From a virus (lineage: Duplodnaviria; Caudoviricetes): a stretch of DNA of 53,239 nucleotides. The first letter of the stretch is position 1; each line of letters begins with the position of its first letter. The DNA is taken from the IMG/VR virus record IMGVR_UViG_3300045006_000427, positions 1-53,239 of that record, one strand, 5' to 3'. A program made the translations under genes and the position numbers. Under the pieces are notes generated by a model, which saw only the letters and a list, made by a program, of their open reading frames with translations, searched no databases and was not told the DNA's origin. Shown in pieces: positions 11,364-22,507 of the stretch.

Positions 11364-12356
11364 TTGTTTTTTAATGCTGCCGAAGATGTTATTCAGATAG
11401 AATTAACGCCATATGGACGTGAGCGACTTTCTTCTGGTGAATTTAATCCTGTATATTATTCTTTTCATGACGATGACATTCTCTATGATGGTACATATGC
11501 GGGTGTTTCCGACGAGGAACAAAATGATATAGAGAGTCGAATTTTGACTACCGCAAGATTAAAACATGTTAATCCCGTACAGCCTTCATTTCCTCTGGGA
11601 ACTGCAATCTTGGGTTCTGAAAATTCGACGGGATGGAATTTTAGTGTGTTACATGGATGTATAGACGTTGTTAAACAAATTGTGACAGGTTCGCAGAATG
11701 CTAATCTTTTTGTTCCAGAGATAACATTATGCGATTTGGAATATGATGTACAAGAGAAAACGGATGGCTCTCTGGAAGTTCAAGATGATTATATTCTTAT
11801 AGAGATGTCGGAAAACGAAACGGGGTATGGGAACGAGAATTTATCTATAAGCCTATCTTTAGTATCTGAAGAGTCAGGTTCTAGTAAGACAGGAGGCTCT
11901 TTAGAAACTGTAGATAAAGAAACGTTCCTGGGCTTTATTCAGAAAGCGCCTGAGATTGTTAATGGTCTTTTGGTACGCGAGCCGTTGGGTGCTGGTGGAT
12001 TTGATTATTCGACCGATTTAGCAGCAAAATTTGAACATGGTCTTTTGGATTCTGGTATGCTGGATTATTATTTGGATGTTGCAGTTGATGATGAAATTGA
12101 AGAAAGCGTTCTTTGTGCAGCCAAGAAGAAGGCAACACACGACGGCAGCATATACAAAGGTCCGGATTTGACATGCCCGGAACTAGAGCCTGTGGGCGAA
12201 CAAGTTCCTTCTGTGGAAGCTCCTTCTGATCCTGCGTCTTTGGCCTGTCCAGAAGCGGCAATGGAACAGCCTACTGTTTCTATGGGCGGCTCGGTCGAAG
12301 CGCAGGCTCAGGCAGCTTTGCAAGAGGCTCAGAAGAAGGCGGGACAAATGACATGA
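11364..12356 (+). CDS. Putative baseplate/tail structural protein (N-terminus paralogous to 18456..19391)
   Basis: N-terminal 'LTPYGRERLSSGEF...DDDILY' matches 'LTDEGRRRLSQG..F...DDEINY' of 18456; TTG start. Confidence 0.5.
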   Translation: MFFNAAEDVIQIELTPYGRERLSSGEFNPVYYSFHDDDILYDGTYAGVSDEEQNDIESRILTTARLKHVNPVQPSFPLGTAILGSENSTGWNFSVLHGCIDVVKQIVTGSQNANLFVPEITLCDLEYDVQEKTDGSLEVQDDYILIEMSENETGYGNENLSISLSLVSEESGSSKTGGSLETVDKETFLGFIQKAPEIVNGLLVREPLGAGGFDYSTDLAAKFEHGLLDSGMLDYYLDVAVDDEIEESVLCAAKKKATHDGSIYKGPDLTCPELEPVGEQVPSVEAPSDPASLACPEAAMEQPTVSMGGSVEAQAQAALQEAQKKAGQMT

Positions 12357-15300
12357 TGAGTTCACAAGAAATGCTTGCTGCCGTGTTGCCTACGGCTGAT
12401 ATTGCTCGAATTACTCTAGAATCGTGTCACGGTGGTCTTAAAACTACTGTTGATTTAAATGTCAAAGTTTTTTCTGCTGTGTCGGCTGGGCAAGCTCCAT
12501 TTTTAATGACACAGATTACATCGTTATATAATTATTTTAAGTTTGTTGTTATTGTATCATATGATGCACAGCTTACTGATGATATTATACAGCAAAAAGT
12601 CGATATTCTTAAAAACGTGAACCAACTTACGGGCAACGAGCAGCAAAAACTGATAGTACAACAAGTTCAACTTGATTGGCAGGATATAGCCAAGTTGGTA
12701 AAGCCACTTGAAACCGATGAGACCTGTTACGAAGCGGCGTGTACCGTGGCTGTACAACACGTTAATATCTCTCCTGAGCACGTGACGTGCTTTATATTTG
12801 GGTGTCTTGATTGGAAATCGGCAACGGAAGCGCTAATGTCCTCTGGTGATCTTTTGAGCGATGCAGACTGGATGCTTTGGAATTATGTTGCTGAAGCGGT
12901 TATTGTTGGTGGACAAATAGTCTCTACAGCATATGTTATGGCTGCCAACGGCGGTACAGAGGCTTGGCTGGGGCCAATGTGGCTAGATAAAACAGGGAAA
13001 GTCCCTGTTTGGAAAGGGGCGGACGGTACAGAATTAATCCCGGTACCAGTTATTAACAATAAAGTTGTTGACTTTAGACAGATGGCTGAGATAGAAAAAC
13101 TAACTATAGATTTAACTACATATACGAATTTGTTATTTGCGCCCGATCATCAATCGTGGATTAGCAAAGACAATATGGAAGTGCCAAGGACCGTTGCTTA
13201 CTTTTCTGATTCGTTTATTTCAATAAAGCCAGATAATAGTAGAAATCTCTTTTTTGTTGTTGATTTTCGTAAATTGCTTTATGAGTGCTCGCCATATGGC
13301 AAACTTTTAGGCAACATGAACAACGCTCTGGTATCGGAAATACTGAAAAATAGCAAAATTGTTTCCTTGCGGGTGCTTCGGGACCGCAGACAGATTATCG
13401 ATGGGGCTGTTAATCGTCTAGGTGGCATCGGCGAAGCATCTACACGCTTTCTGGAGGCGGAAGAGCCTTCAGAGGTGGTTGCTTTTTCGCGGGATCAACA
13501 AACTTCTGAAGAGTTCATCAATGTTCAGCAGACAACAGGGGATTCTCTTCAGGAACTTGATCTTTCTCTGGGGTTAGGTTTGCGTGCTTTTGAATGCCAT
13601 GATGCTAGTATACAAAACATTACTACGGGTGTTTATGGATATTGTATAGAATTGATAGTAGAAGATGGTTCTTTTCTTTATCTGCTTCAGAAGCTTGCTG
13701 CTCTTTTGCCATTGCGGGCAGAAATAGAACAATATTGGCAAGATGGGATGTGCTATAAGAACTATAATTATGACAAAGACATGTTTATAGATTCTTTTGT
13801 CAAAAAATGGCAACAGGGTGAAGAATCTCTTTGGTTTAGAGCAACATCGGCATATTTGGAGACCTTATTGTTTTTTTGGTCTTTAGGTGCCAGTTCTTCT
13901 CAGATTGCACAAAAAGCATTGTATAATTTTGTTCTTAGTTTGCTTGACCCAGCTATTGCTAATCCTACAAGTGTAAGCAAGTTTCTTGATCTTTTGGACA
14001 GACTGATCAATGTGTTAAACAAACTTCTTGATCTTTCTGAGATTGATCAATGTGCGTTCAATACAACTGGATGTTCTGTAAATTTTTATGGTACTGGTAC
14101 GCTCAAAGGCAACAAAGGTGCTGCCGTGCGGACTCACATTGCCTTGTCTTATCTATCCAACGTGACGACCGATACTGATGTGCTTATGCAACAGGGAGGT
14201 TACGAGTATCTGGGGAATACTAGCCTGGAAGGCAAAATGACATATGTAGATTTTTTGGTGCGCATTAAAGAAGAGACGTTAAAATATTTTAGTAGTGAAG
14301 CGTCTGACATAAGTTTACGTGCGGGTGACAAAATAATTACTGCACAAGACGATGCTCGTCACATGGCAAGTTCTTATCTGGCTCCTAGAGCAGCGATAAT
14401 TAATGGTCAGCGTATTTCTTTTGGTGTTGATGCCGCAACTGTAGATCACGAAAGGAATACGCAGGTAGCTTTGTTTGCTTTAGGTGGACAGAATGCTAAG
14501 AATAGTCCAGGTACACCATCGATCATGCCGTCTGGCAGGAAAGGCTCTACGCAATCACAAGCTCTAGAGCAAATAGGTGATAGTTTTATTGCTTTTAGCG
14601 ATATTGTAGCTACTTTGGGTGTGGGTGTCGGTTCTGGTGCGCGTCCGGGGGGGCAGAATATTCAAACACAAACGCAAGAAGATCTTTTAGCATCGCGTAT
14701 TTCAAGTCAACAAGGTGGCGAAGGAATCATAGATCCTTTACCAGCAACTAAAGCAACAGGACGAAATAGCGTGGTACATGCGGCTGTAATAGCCAGTACT
14801 GGCGAGGCAGCTAATCCAAACAGTGCTTTATATGGTATTGTTGGTAAATATATTAACGATATTGTTTTACCAAGAGATGCCAAAGGAACAGAGACTATTT
14901 CGGGTGGTAGAAACCTGGGAACATTTACACATAGCAAGCAAATTCCACAGGTATGTTATGACGTTAACGCACCTAGGGGCCTAATAGCTACTTTACGTCA
15001 AACGGGCAAAGAAGACAAAGAAATATCTCGGATTGTTCGTACATTGCCTAATCAGATTAAATCTTTATTGCTTGCAAGCGTACATTCAAAAGCTGTTCGC
15101 TCCCCACTGGGGGTAGATGGCGTGCCCGTGATTGCGCCCACGACGGCTGCTACATATAAATTCTGGTTTGGAGCTTTGCAGAAATTAGAAATCTTAACAA
15201 CATTTGAAGGTGCTAGTAAATATTTTCCAGGATATCAAATTAAACTGCCGATATGGAACTTAGTGACTACTAGTATGTTAGAGGAATTAGCTGCGGGCAC

Positions 15301-15559
15301 ATATTTATGTCGCTTAAAAGATTATGATTCCAAAACGGCAGGTACAGTTGGTCTCGGTAATGTTGCCATGCCGATCTACGATCAGTTTTTTCTTCTAATT
15401 AAAGGAACTGTAGCCGAACCAAAAACAGCAAAAGTCAAGACTCAGATGGATGTCTTTAAAACATGGGCTCAGCAGAAAAGCAAGCAGCAAGGGCTTTTGG
15501 GCAACACCACGCTTAAACTGTTTACGACTCTGCCAGTGTTGCAAGAAGGAAAATTATGA
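12353..15559 (+). CDS. Large hypothetical protein, probably virion-associated
   Basis: 1068-aa ORF, translationally coupled (ATGA overlaps) within the tail/baseplate block; no family recognised. Confidence 0.45.
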   Translation: MMSSQEMLAAVLPTADIARITLESCHGGLKTTVDLNVKVFSAVSAGQAPFLMTQITSLYNYFKFVVIVSYDAQLTDDIIQQKVDILKNVNQLTGNEQQKLIVQQVQLDWQDIAKLVKPLETDETCYEAACTVAVQHVNISPEHVTCFIFGCLDWKSATEALMSSGDLLSDADWMLWNYVAEAVIVGGQIVSTAYVMAANGGTEAWLGPMWLDKTGKVPVWKGADGTELIPVPVINNKVVDFRQMAEIEKLTIDLTTYTNLLFAPDHQSWISKDNMEVPRTVAYFSDSFISIKPDNSRNLFFVVDFRKLLYECSPYGKLLGNMNNALVSEILKNSKIVSLRVLRDRRQIIDGAVNRLGGIGEASTRFLEAEEPSEVVAFSRDQQTSEEFINVQQTTGDSLQELDLSLGLGLRAFECHDASIQNITTGVYGYCIELIVEDGSFLYLLQKLAALLPLRAEIEQYWQDGMCYKNYNYDKDMFIDSFVKKWQQGEESLWFRATSAYLETLLFFWSLGASSSQIAQKALYNFVLSLLDPAIANPTSVSKFLDLLDRLINVLNKLLDLSEIDQCAFNTTGCSVNFYGTGTLKGNKGAAVRTHIALSYLSNVTTDTDVLMQQGGYEYLGNTSLEGKMTYVDFLVRIKEETLKYFSSEASDISLRAGDKIITAQDDARHMASSYLAPRAAIINGQRISFGVDAATVDHERNTQVALFALGGQNAKNSPGTPSIMPSGRKGSTQSQALEQIGDSFIAFSDIVATLGVGVGSGARPGGQNIQTQTQEDLLASRISSQQGGEGIIDPLPATKATGRNSVVHAAVIASTGEAANPNSALYGIVGKYINDIVLPRDAKGTETISGGRNLGTFTHSKQIPQVCYDVNAPRGLIATLRQTGKEDKEISRIVRTLPNQIKSLLLASVHSKAVRSPLGVDGVPVIAPTTAATYKFWFGALQKLEILTTFEGASKYFPGYQIKLPIWNLVTTSMLEELAAGTYLCRLKDYDSKTAGTVGLGNVAMPIYDQFFLLIKGTVAEPKTAKVKTQMDVFKTWAQQKSKQQGLLGNTTLKLFTTLPVLQEGKL

Positions 15560-18384
15560 AGGTTTTTCTTGGAGTTGATGTAGTGGATGCTCTGGCACAA
15601 ACACCAGCGAGCTACGAAGAAACATCTACAGAGAAGCCTTCATTTGGCGGACCAGATAATAGTGGTTATTTGGATGTGTCTGGGGGTAAAGCACCTTCGG
15701 TTCAAGATCAGGCTGTTCAGCAGCAACAAATAAAGGATCAGGTTGTGGTAGATTCGGTTCTTTCAAAAGAAGCACTGAATATCGAGGTTGCTGGTGTCTC
15801 GGCAGGAATTGAAGGGCTTAAAAGCTTTATTGAAGGTGAGATAGCCAAATTGCCACCGCTTCAAATAGCATTTAAAGATCTTAATGCTTCTTATGGTTTT
15901 GCTGGACAGCGATTTTATGTAGATACTTCTGTTACAGCAGAAGCATTAAGTAAATGGTCTGTCGGTGGTGTAGGAGCGTTAGCTTTTCATAAATGGAATG
16001 TTTCAGGGCTAACAGCCTTGACAGATCGCGTACGAGAACGTTGTGCTCTGTTGTGGACCTTAGATGACAGCGACGCACAAAAGATGTCTTGGTTTTATAT
16101 AGCGGGAGGTAAATCATTAAATTCCTTATCAGCTTTTTCTTGGATTTATGATTATGAGCCATTACGATATATAGGTGCGCTTAAACTAGATTCCATCAAT
16201 GCTGTACTTCCTGAATACATGAAGGCGTTTTATCAAGAATTTGGTAAACAAATTTCTTCCTACGAGACTGTTGTATTGCAGGTGAATAAGACACAATTTC
16301 TTGTTTTATCAGGCAAAAGTGCCTATGTTTTTGATGACAAGATATCACATAATGCATATTATAATTATATCATGAACCCTGATGGTCCTTCGACTGTGTA
16401 TACTATTCCTGCTAGTTTAGGTGGAATTGGTGCTGTTGGTTCAAAGGTTCTAGATATTCCCAATACCGTTTTGCTGAATACGTGGTTTCGTGATCACGCT
16501 TTCGTGGCTCCTGCTCCGCAAAATAAAAAAGAACTTGACAAAACAGGATTTCTCGGTACTTATGCTAAGATTACGCCTGTTTATAATTTTGCTATAACAC
16601 CATACGAACAAGTAATTGCTGACAAGAAGATCGCTGAAGGTTTGTTGCCCAATGTCTATGTGTCTGTTTGTGCCGATAACGCCAAAAAAGATCAGGGACA
16701 GGCGCTCAATATGAAATATTCTTGTTTTACGACTCTCAATGGCGCTCTACAAGATACGTTGCTACATAATGAATCACAGTTTTTTGAAGCTTGGACAGAA
16801 ACACTTCCCAGAGCCGTCGCTTCGGGTAAAACCAACGATCTTGTAAATTATAGAAATTTGATTCTTTCATCTCAGGATGTTGCGCTTTTGCAGGATGTTC
16901 AACAGCGTATAGCTATGTTCCCCATGTATGTACATGTAGAATTTACTACGGAACCATTAACAGAGTTTATGACTTCTGTGGTTGCGATGCCGGGTTTATG
17001 CAATCAGCTAATGACCGACTACGCTAATCTTTTTTTGGGGCCTGCGGATTCTGTTGCGATGACGGAAGTGGCTATACAGAATGAAAAGCTAACTGTGCAG
17101 GAACGCAACTTAAGAGTTAAAGATTGGCAAGAAGATCTGGATTCTTTGACATCTAAGGTGCCAAAATCTTGTGTTCTCATTGGAGAGAACGCAGACAAGA
17201 ATGTAACAGATATTAATGATCCTAAGCATAAGCTTCATAGCTTTATACTTAAACAACTATATTCTCTTAAATACGGGGCTTTGAAAAAGAAACATGCCCG
17301 GACTCTTCATAGAGTTTTTAGCGGGGAGACTGCATATTCTGAGACGCTCTTCTATCGTGTTACAAAGTATGATATGCAGTATCCTACACAGGCATTGACA
17401 AACTTCTTTATTCCCAATACACCAGATCTGGTAACGGCGCACATTTTTGATACACAGGTCAAATATGGTAAGAAATATCTTTATAAGATTTATGCCTATA
17501 AAATAGTGCTTGGTACCAAGTATCAGTATGAAAATCTTCTTTATAGCAAGGACTGGGACAATGCTGCATTGTTTGCGAACGTACAGGATTCAACGAAAAT
17601 ATTTGAAGTTCCATATTACGAAATAGAAAATGTATCTGTAATAGATTGTCCTCCTGTTCCGCCAGAAATAGAGATAATTCCGTTTAAGAATGTAGATAGT
17701 GCTATTAAAATTTGGTTCAATGCCGGTACAGGTACACAAGAGGCGGAACCAACAAGCTTTTCAGCGGAAGAAGCGAAACAGATAGAACAAATACGACTTA
17801 ATCAAGACAGATCTACGGGACCGATTAGATTTAATAGTGATGATGCTCCGCTCTTTTTTGAAGTTTATCGAAGCAAAAAACATCCTAAGACTTATAAAGA
17901 TTTGGAAAAAGTTCAACTAGCAACTTCTTCCGGTAATGTTCATGTTGTAGGTTCAGGTGGCGATGTGTTACTATCTCAGGTGCCCAATACAAAATATTGG
18001 TACATCTTTAGAGCAATTGATCAGCACGGACATATTTCTAATCCGACAGCAATTTATCAGGTGGAGCTAGTTAATGATGGAGGATTGATTTATCCATTGA
18101 TCAAAACAGTAGAGTTTGCTAAAAAAGATGTATCTCCATTAGAGCGCAAAATGAAGAGATTTATAAGAATCAGACCTTCAGCACAACAAGCAATGATAAG
18201 TGTGTCTCCGGAAGGCAAGGTAAAAATGGGTAAGGCAGATGTTGATGCCTGGAATAGGACATTTAAACTTAAAGTAAGATCTGAACATACAGGAAAAGAA
18301 GCAATATTTAAATTTAGGCTTACATACAATGTATTAGCTAACAATCTTAAGATGCAGAAGACGGAAGAGGCGGTAAAGCTATAA
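15556..18384 (+). CDS. Large putative virion protein with C-terminal FN3-like beta-sandwich domains
   Basis: 942 aa; 'DTQVKYGKKYLYKIYAY' and 'PNTKYWYIFRAIDQHGHISNP' resemble FN3 tyrosine-corner strands. Confidence 0.5.
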   Translation: MKVFLGVDVVDALAQTPASYEETSTEKPSFGGPDNSGYLDVSGGKAPSVQDQAVQQQQIKDQVVVDSVLSKEALNIEVAGVSAGIEGLKSFIEGEIAKLPPLQIAFKDLNASYGFAGQRFYVDTSVTAEALSKWSVGGVGALAFHKWNVSGLTALTDRVRERCALLWTLDDSDAQKMSWFYIAGGKSLNSLSAFSWIYDYEPLRYIGALKLDSINAVLPEYMKAFYQEFGKQISSYETVVLQVNKTQFLVLSGKSAYVFDDKISHNAYYNYIMNPDGPSTVYTIPASLGGIGAVGSKVLDIPNTVLLNTWFRDHAFVAPAPQNKKELDKTGFLGTYAKITPVYNFAITPYEQVIADKKIAEGLLPNVYVSVCADNAKKDQGQALNMKYSCFTTLNGALQDTLLHNESQFFEAWTETLPRAVASGKTNDLVNYRNLILSSQDVALLQDVQQRIAMFPMYVHVEFTTEPLTEFMTSVVAMPGLCNQLMTDYANLFLGPADSVAMTEVAIQNEKLTVQERNLRVKDWQEDLDSLTSKVPKSCVLIGENADKNVTDINDPKHKLHSFILKQLYSLKYGALKKKHARTLHRVFSGETAYSETLFYRVTKYDMQYPTQALTNFFIPNTPDLVTAHIFDTQVKYGKKYLYKIYAYKIVLGTKYQYENLLYSKDWDNAALFANVQDSTKIFEVPYYEIENVSVIDCPPVPPEIEIIPFKNVDSAIKIWFNAGTGTQEAEPTSFSAEEAKQIEQIRLNQDRSTGPIRFNSDDAPLFFEVYRSKKHPKTYKDLEKVQLATSSGNVHVVGSGGDVLLSQVPNTKYWYIFRAIDQHGHISNPTAIYQVELVNDGGLIYPLIKTVEFAKKDVSPLERKMKRFIRIRPSAQQAMISVSPEGKVKMGKADVDAWNRTFKLKVRSEHTGKEAIFKFRLTYNVLANNLKMQKTEEAVKL

Positions 18385-18455
18385 AGGAACTAATTATTTG
18401 TGTCGATTGAAACAAAAAAGCAGGAAGTAGCTATATAGTATAAAGGAGCAACACA

Positions 18456-19391
18456 ATGGCTTACTTAGACAGTTCAGGTGATATAATATTAGATTGTGTA
18501 TTGACCGATGAAGGCAGGCGTCGCCTAAGTCAGGGTTTTGGTGCCTTTAAGGTTGTAAAATGGGGCCTGAGCGATGATGAAATAAACTATGCTCTTTACG
18601 ATGCTGATCATGCTTCCGGCTCAGCTTATTACGATCTTGCTGTTTTGCAATTGCCGATCTTGGAAGCTTTCACAAACAATGCCGCCTCCATGAAGTGCAG
18701 GCTTATGAGCATTCCCAGGACAAATATTCTTTATTTGCCTATTTTTGTTCTTAATGATGTGCAGAATTCTAGACAGCGTTATAGTGGTGGTGGCATTTCG
18801 GAAATCTATCTTGTTGCTGTTGATGAAGATTCACAAGAGGCGCTAATTAGCACCACCGGCGTTCTTGCTGGTTATGATCCGCGCAAAGGCACGAGCTATA
18901 TCCGCGTGGATCAAGGATTAATGACACAAGAGCCCACTTACAAAAAGGATCTAGATTCTGATTTAGTAGAAACACAATTTATTGTGGAAATGGATCATAG
19001 ACTGGGTTATGTTTATCCTGCTGCGACAGAAAACATGCTTGGTACAGCCGCCGGAGCAGCCAAACCTTCTTATGTAGATGATGATAATATAGCCAGCTAT
19101 TATCTTTCCCGAGGAACAGATATGGCTTATATAGCTGATATCAATGACAAAGTTAACGCGACCAGCGGAAACGTAATAACAGGGCCTAGAGGTACTAAAA
19201 TTCTATTCAAAATTCAATCTTCTTTGAGCCTTCAGAGTGATAGTGTTTATTGGTTCACGAGATTGGGTGGCGGCAATACAATGACGATTTCTGCTACCAA
19301 TTATTATTATATTGATAGCGTTATTCGTGTTACTGGTGCAACTACAGGAGCCAGTGTTGATATTCCAGTGCGATATGTGAAACAGGTATAA
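18456..19391 (+). CDS. Putative baseplate/tail structural protein
   Basis: 311 aa; AAGGAG SD; 'IILDCVLTDEGRRRL...LSDDEINY...LPILEAF'. Confidence 0.55.
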   Translation: MAYLDSSGDIILDCVLTDEGRRRLSQGFGAFKVVKWGLSDDEINYALYDADHASGSAYYDLAVLQLPILEAFTNNAASMKCRLMSIPRTNILYLPIFVLNDVQNSRQRYSGGGISEIYLVAVDEDSQEALISTTGVLAGYDPRKGTSYIRVDQGLMTQEPTYKKDLDSDLVETQFIVEMDHRLGYVYPAATENMLGTAAGAAKPSYVDDDNIASYYLSRGTDMAYIADINDKVNATSGNVITGPRGTKILFKIQSSLSLQSDSVYWFTRLGGGNTMTISATNYYYIDSVIRVTGATTGASVDIPVRYVKQV

Positions 19392-19403
19392 TAGGAGATA
19401 ATT

Positions 19404-20552
19404 ATGGCTAGTATCTATAAGACCTTTTTAGCAGATGACATTACCACCATAAAGACGCCGCTTCACGAAGCAATTCCAATTACAGGAAGCATTATTTCTG
19501 GTACTTATGCAGAACCGGGAAATGCGGGAACCAATATTAAGGTTTATGGTCTTGAGCTTTATGAGAGCATATATGATTATCCCTATTTATCTTCTTCTGC
19601 GAATCATATTATGGATTTGACTGTTGGCTTACATGTGGATTCTGCGTTATCAAGTTCCACAGATGCAGCATTTGCCCATAAGAATGCCTTATATAACCAA
19701 ATGGCACAAGTATTGGTTGGCTATGATGTTTCCGGGAACATATTAAAATTTGATCAAGATGGAGATTTTGCTGCCGGTGGCACCAAAATGGATTCTGCTT
19801 TCTTTATTCCATTTTCTAGATTGCTTACAAAAGATGAGATAAAGAAAGGTTCGTTCTTAATAAGCATCGGCATGGGCAACTGGAGCAGCAGTGTTGATAA
19901 GCCGTGCGATGCACCATGGCTCTTGACCATTGCAGATACAGGAGCCGAAACGGATTATAGGGTGAACTCCCCCAGCGGGGAATATGGTATTCTTTCTGCT
20001 TCCGGTCCGGCATTGGCAGCAGGAGCCGATGGGCTTGTGGGCTTGCTCTATTACCAAGCGGGCATTGCTGTGCTAACGGCTTCGATATTCCAGAAATATC
20101 ATGCTGTTAGTGCGCCATATGGCAAGCTTGATTCCGGTATGCCTGGTTTTGCAGGTCTTGCGGTGGATCAGTGGATTATATCACGCGCAGATCTGCCAAG
20201 CTCCAGCAGCTTTGAAGCAGATTTATCAGGTTCAAATATTACTGCTAGTTGCGATGGATTCAGACATAGGATATGTGAGATTGATTTTAATAATACCACA
20301 GAACTGAACAGTACAATTTATTTCTGTAGAGTGAATCACAATGATTTTAACTACAGCAGCAATCCTACATATCTTACTGGCAGCGAGATTCGCGTGAAAG
20401 GCGGCAGTAGTGAGAATCCGCCAATAACATATCCTTGTGCCATTGGACTATATTCTAGCGATAACGCACTGCTTGGTGTAGCTAAGCTCTCGGAGCCGCT
20501 CAGAAAATCTATAGATACGGAACTTCTTTTGCGCGTTCGTACAGATTTCTAG
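19404..20552 (+). CDS. Putative baseplate/tail structural protein (C-terminus paralogous to 22508..23704)
   Basis: 382 aa; AGGAG SD; C-terminal 'FNYSSNPTY...IGLYSSDNALLGVAKLSEPLRK...RVRTDF'. Confidence 0.55.
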   Translation: MASIYKTFLADDITTIKTPLHEAIPITGSIISGTYAEPGNAGTNIKVYGLELYESIYDYPYLSSSANHIMDLTVGLHVDSALSSSTDAAFAHKNALYNQMAQVLVGYDVSGNILKFDQDGDFAAGGTKMDSAFFIPFSRLLTKDEIKKGSFLISIGMGNWSSSVDKPCDAPWLLTIADTGAETDYRVNSPSGEYGILSASGPALAAGADGLVGLLYYQAGIAVLTASIFQKYHAVSAPYGKLDSGMPGFAGLAVDQWIISRADLPSSSSFEADLSGSNITASCDGFRHRICEIDFNNTTELNSTIYFCRVNHNDFNYSSNPTYLTGSEIRVKGGSSENPPITYPCAIGLYSSDNALLGVAKLSEPLRKSIDTELLLRVRTDF

Positions 20553-20615
20553 ATTAAAACAGTTCTCAATATCATATCTGTTTCTAATTATTAATAGATC
20601 AAGTGGAGAGTCATC

Positions 20616-21137
20616 ATGAATCTTCGTAAGATTATACGTCGAGAATTAAAAAACTTACGCCTTCAGGATAGCTATAGCGAACTCTATAAACAAGTAAATC
20701 AACAAATAAGTGGATTTAGTTTCGATGTGACATCTCTTCAAAACAATCTTAGTCAATACATAAATCACTGGAATGAAATTGATTGTGATGTAGCATTTCT
20801 TTATGACTATCTTAATCAGCGTATAGGCAAAATAAGCAAATTAATTCAAGATATTTCGGCTGTTTCCGGAAGCGTGAGTAATGTAGAAGCGCAATATCTA
20901 ATTTTGTTGCAGGAGATTCTATTGATTGAAGTGTTGCAGAAACAAAGAAGCGAACAGATAGACAATATTGATGCAAGATTAGCTATAGTAGAAGAAGAAA
21001 TGACATTGTTATCTGGTTCATTTTCGCTATCTCTAGAGCAAATTAATATTTTTGGTGAGCAAATTAGCGATCTTAATACCAGATTAGTAGTGATGGAAGA
21101 AGAAGTTTTCAAACATCAAAAAAAAGAAGGAAACTAA
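20616..21137 (+). CDS. Coiled-coil protein with N-terminal 'LRKIIRREL' motif
   Basis: 173 aa, heptad-rich; GGAG SD; immediately upstream of the Gly-rich fibre-like gene. Confidence 0.5.
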   Translation: MNLRKIIRRELKNLRLQDSYSELYKQVNQQISGFSFDVTSLQNNLSQYINHWNEIDCDVAFLYDYLNQRIGKISKLIQDISAVSGSVSNVEAQYLILLQEILLIEVLQKQRSEQIDNIDARLAIVEEEMTLLSGSFSLSLEQINIFGEQISDLNTRLVVMEEEVFKHQKKEGN

Positions 21138-22472
21138 ATGAGCTTTCAGGGATTTTTTTCGCAACTTAAGAACAAGCCCGAGTGGCTTTCACAGATGGCC
21201 TTGCACCATTCGACTAGTTTGTTTTTGCGTCAAGATGGGACTTGGGCTTCGGCTGGTGCTGGCGGGCCTCATGCAGCATCGCATGAAAACGGTGGTGCTG
21301 ATGAAATTTCTGTTGCTGGTCTTTCTGGCTTGCTAGCTGATGCACAAACACCTACAAGCCACCAAGCATCGCATGAAAACGGTGGTGCTGATGAAATTTC
21401 TGTTGCTGGTCTTTCTGGCTTGCTAGCTGATGCACAAACACCTACAAGCCACCAAGCATCGCATGTTTCTGGCGGTGATCAAATTCCAACATTTGGAGCG
21501 ACAAGAGGGCTCGTTCCCGTATCCGGCTCAGCAGGTACCTATCTAAATTCAGCTAGTGGTTGGTCTATTCCTCCAATTAAGGGATTTTTTGGAAATGGTG
21601 CCGATGGCGATGTGACCATTGCAATAGACACTGTTCTTTCTGGGGAGGCTAGTTATAACAGCTTAATTGTTAACGCAGGGGTGACTTTAAATCCTGCTGG
21701 ATATAGAATATTTGTTGCAACTACTGCAACGATTAATGGCACAGTTGGTCGTCGCGGAAACAATGGTGGCAATGGCGGTACTGGTGTTGCGGGAACGGCT
21801 GGTGGGGCACTAGCTTCTGCTTATTTTGGCGGTTCGCAGAGTGGTGGTGCCGGAGGAGGGGCTAGTGCTGCTGGTGGTAGCCCCGGTGGCTATACAAATT
21901 CGGCAGGTGCATGGGCTGGTGGTGCTGCTTCCGATGGTGGCAACGGCGGCAATGGTGGCGGCGGCGGTGCTGGCGGTACGGGCGGCAACGCTATTGCTCC
22001 TGCTGCAATTCGCGGACGCTGGACCGATGCTGTGAGCGTCATCAATGGCTCGTGTGTTGGTGCTGGTTCGATATTGATGCCAGTTGGCGGCGGGGGAGGC
22101 GCAGGCGGCGGCGGTGGTACTGCTGGTGGTGGTACCTATGGTGGTGGCGGTGCTGGTGGTACTGGGGGCGGGGTTGTCCTATTTGTTGCTCGGGATATTG
22201 TAGTTAGCGCAACCGGCGTGATTCAGGTAGATGGTGGCGATGGAGGCAACGGCGGCAACGGCGGTCCGGTTGGAAATCCTGGTGGTGGCGGCGGCGGGGG
22301 CGGGGGCGGTGGTGGTGCTTTAATTGTAGTGTATCAGACGCTCTCTAATAGTGGTGCAATTCGTGCCGCTGGAGGAAATGGCGGTACTGGTGGTGCTGGT
22401 ACTGGTACTGGTCCTTCTGGCAGTCCCGGTTCGGCTGGTCAATCTGGACTTGTAGCTTTAATACAAACTTAA
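21138..22472 (+). CDS. Glycine-rich tail fibre/spike-like protein
   Basis: 444 aa; N-terminal 'HxxSH..GG.D' fibre repeats, 'FFGNGADGD', and a long Gly-rich C-terminal domain (GGGGGGG, GGxGG). Confidence 0.65.
   Translation: MSFQGFFSQLKNKPEWLSQMALHHSTSLFLRQDGTWASAGAGGPHAASHENGGADEISVAGLSGLLADAQTPTSHQASHENGGADEISVAGLSGLLADAQTPTSHQASHVSGGDQIPTFGATRGLVPVSGSAGTYLNSASGWSIPPIKGFFGNGADGDVTIAIDTVLSGEASYNSLIVNAGVTLNPAGYRIFVATTATINGTVGRRGNNGGNGGTGVAGTAGGALASAYFGGSQSGGAGGGASAAGGSPGGYTNSAGAWAGGAASDGGNGGNGGGGGAGGTGGNAIAPAAIRGRWTDAVSVINGSCVGAGSILMPVGGGGGAGGGGGTAGGGTYGGGGAGGTGGGVVLFVARDIVVSATGVIQVDGGDGGNGGNGGPVGNPGGGGGGGGGGGGALIVVYQTLSNSGAIRAAGGNGGTGGAGTGTGPSGSPGSAGQSGLVALIQT
21275..21465 (+). repeat. Perfect 90-bp in-frame tandem duplication (about 2.1 copies)
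   Basis: AGCATCGCATG recurs at 21275, 21365 and 21455; encodes ASHENGGADEISVAGLSGLLADAQTPTSHQ twice. Confidence 0.95.
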
Positions 22473-22507
22473 GAAGATGTACGAGATAACAAATATTGGG
22501 AGCCTAT

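Noticed and set aside
21826-22207. Trp/Arg/Cys-rich and Val/Ala-rich alternative ORFs in the fibre gene
   Set aside because: These are frame-shifted readings of GGN glycine codon runs.
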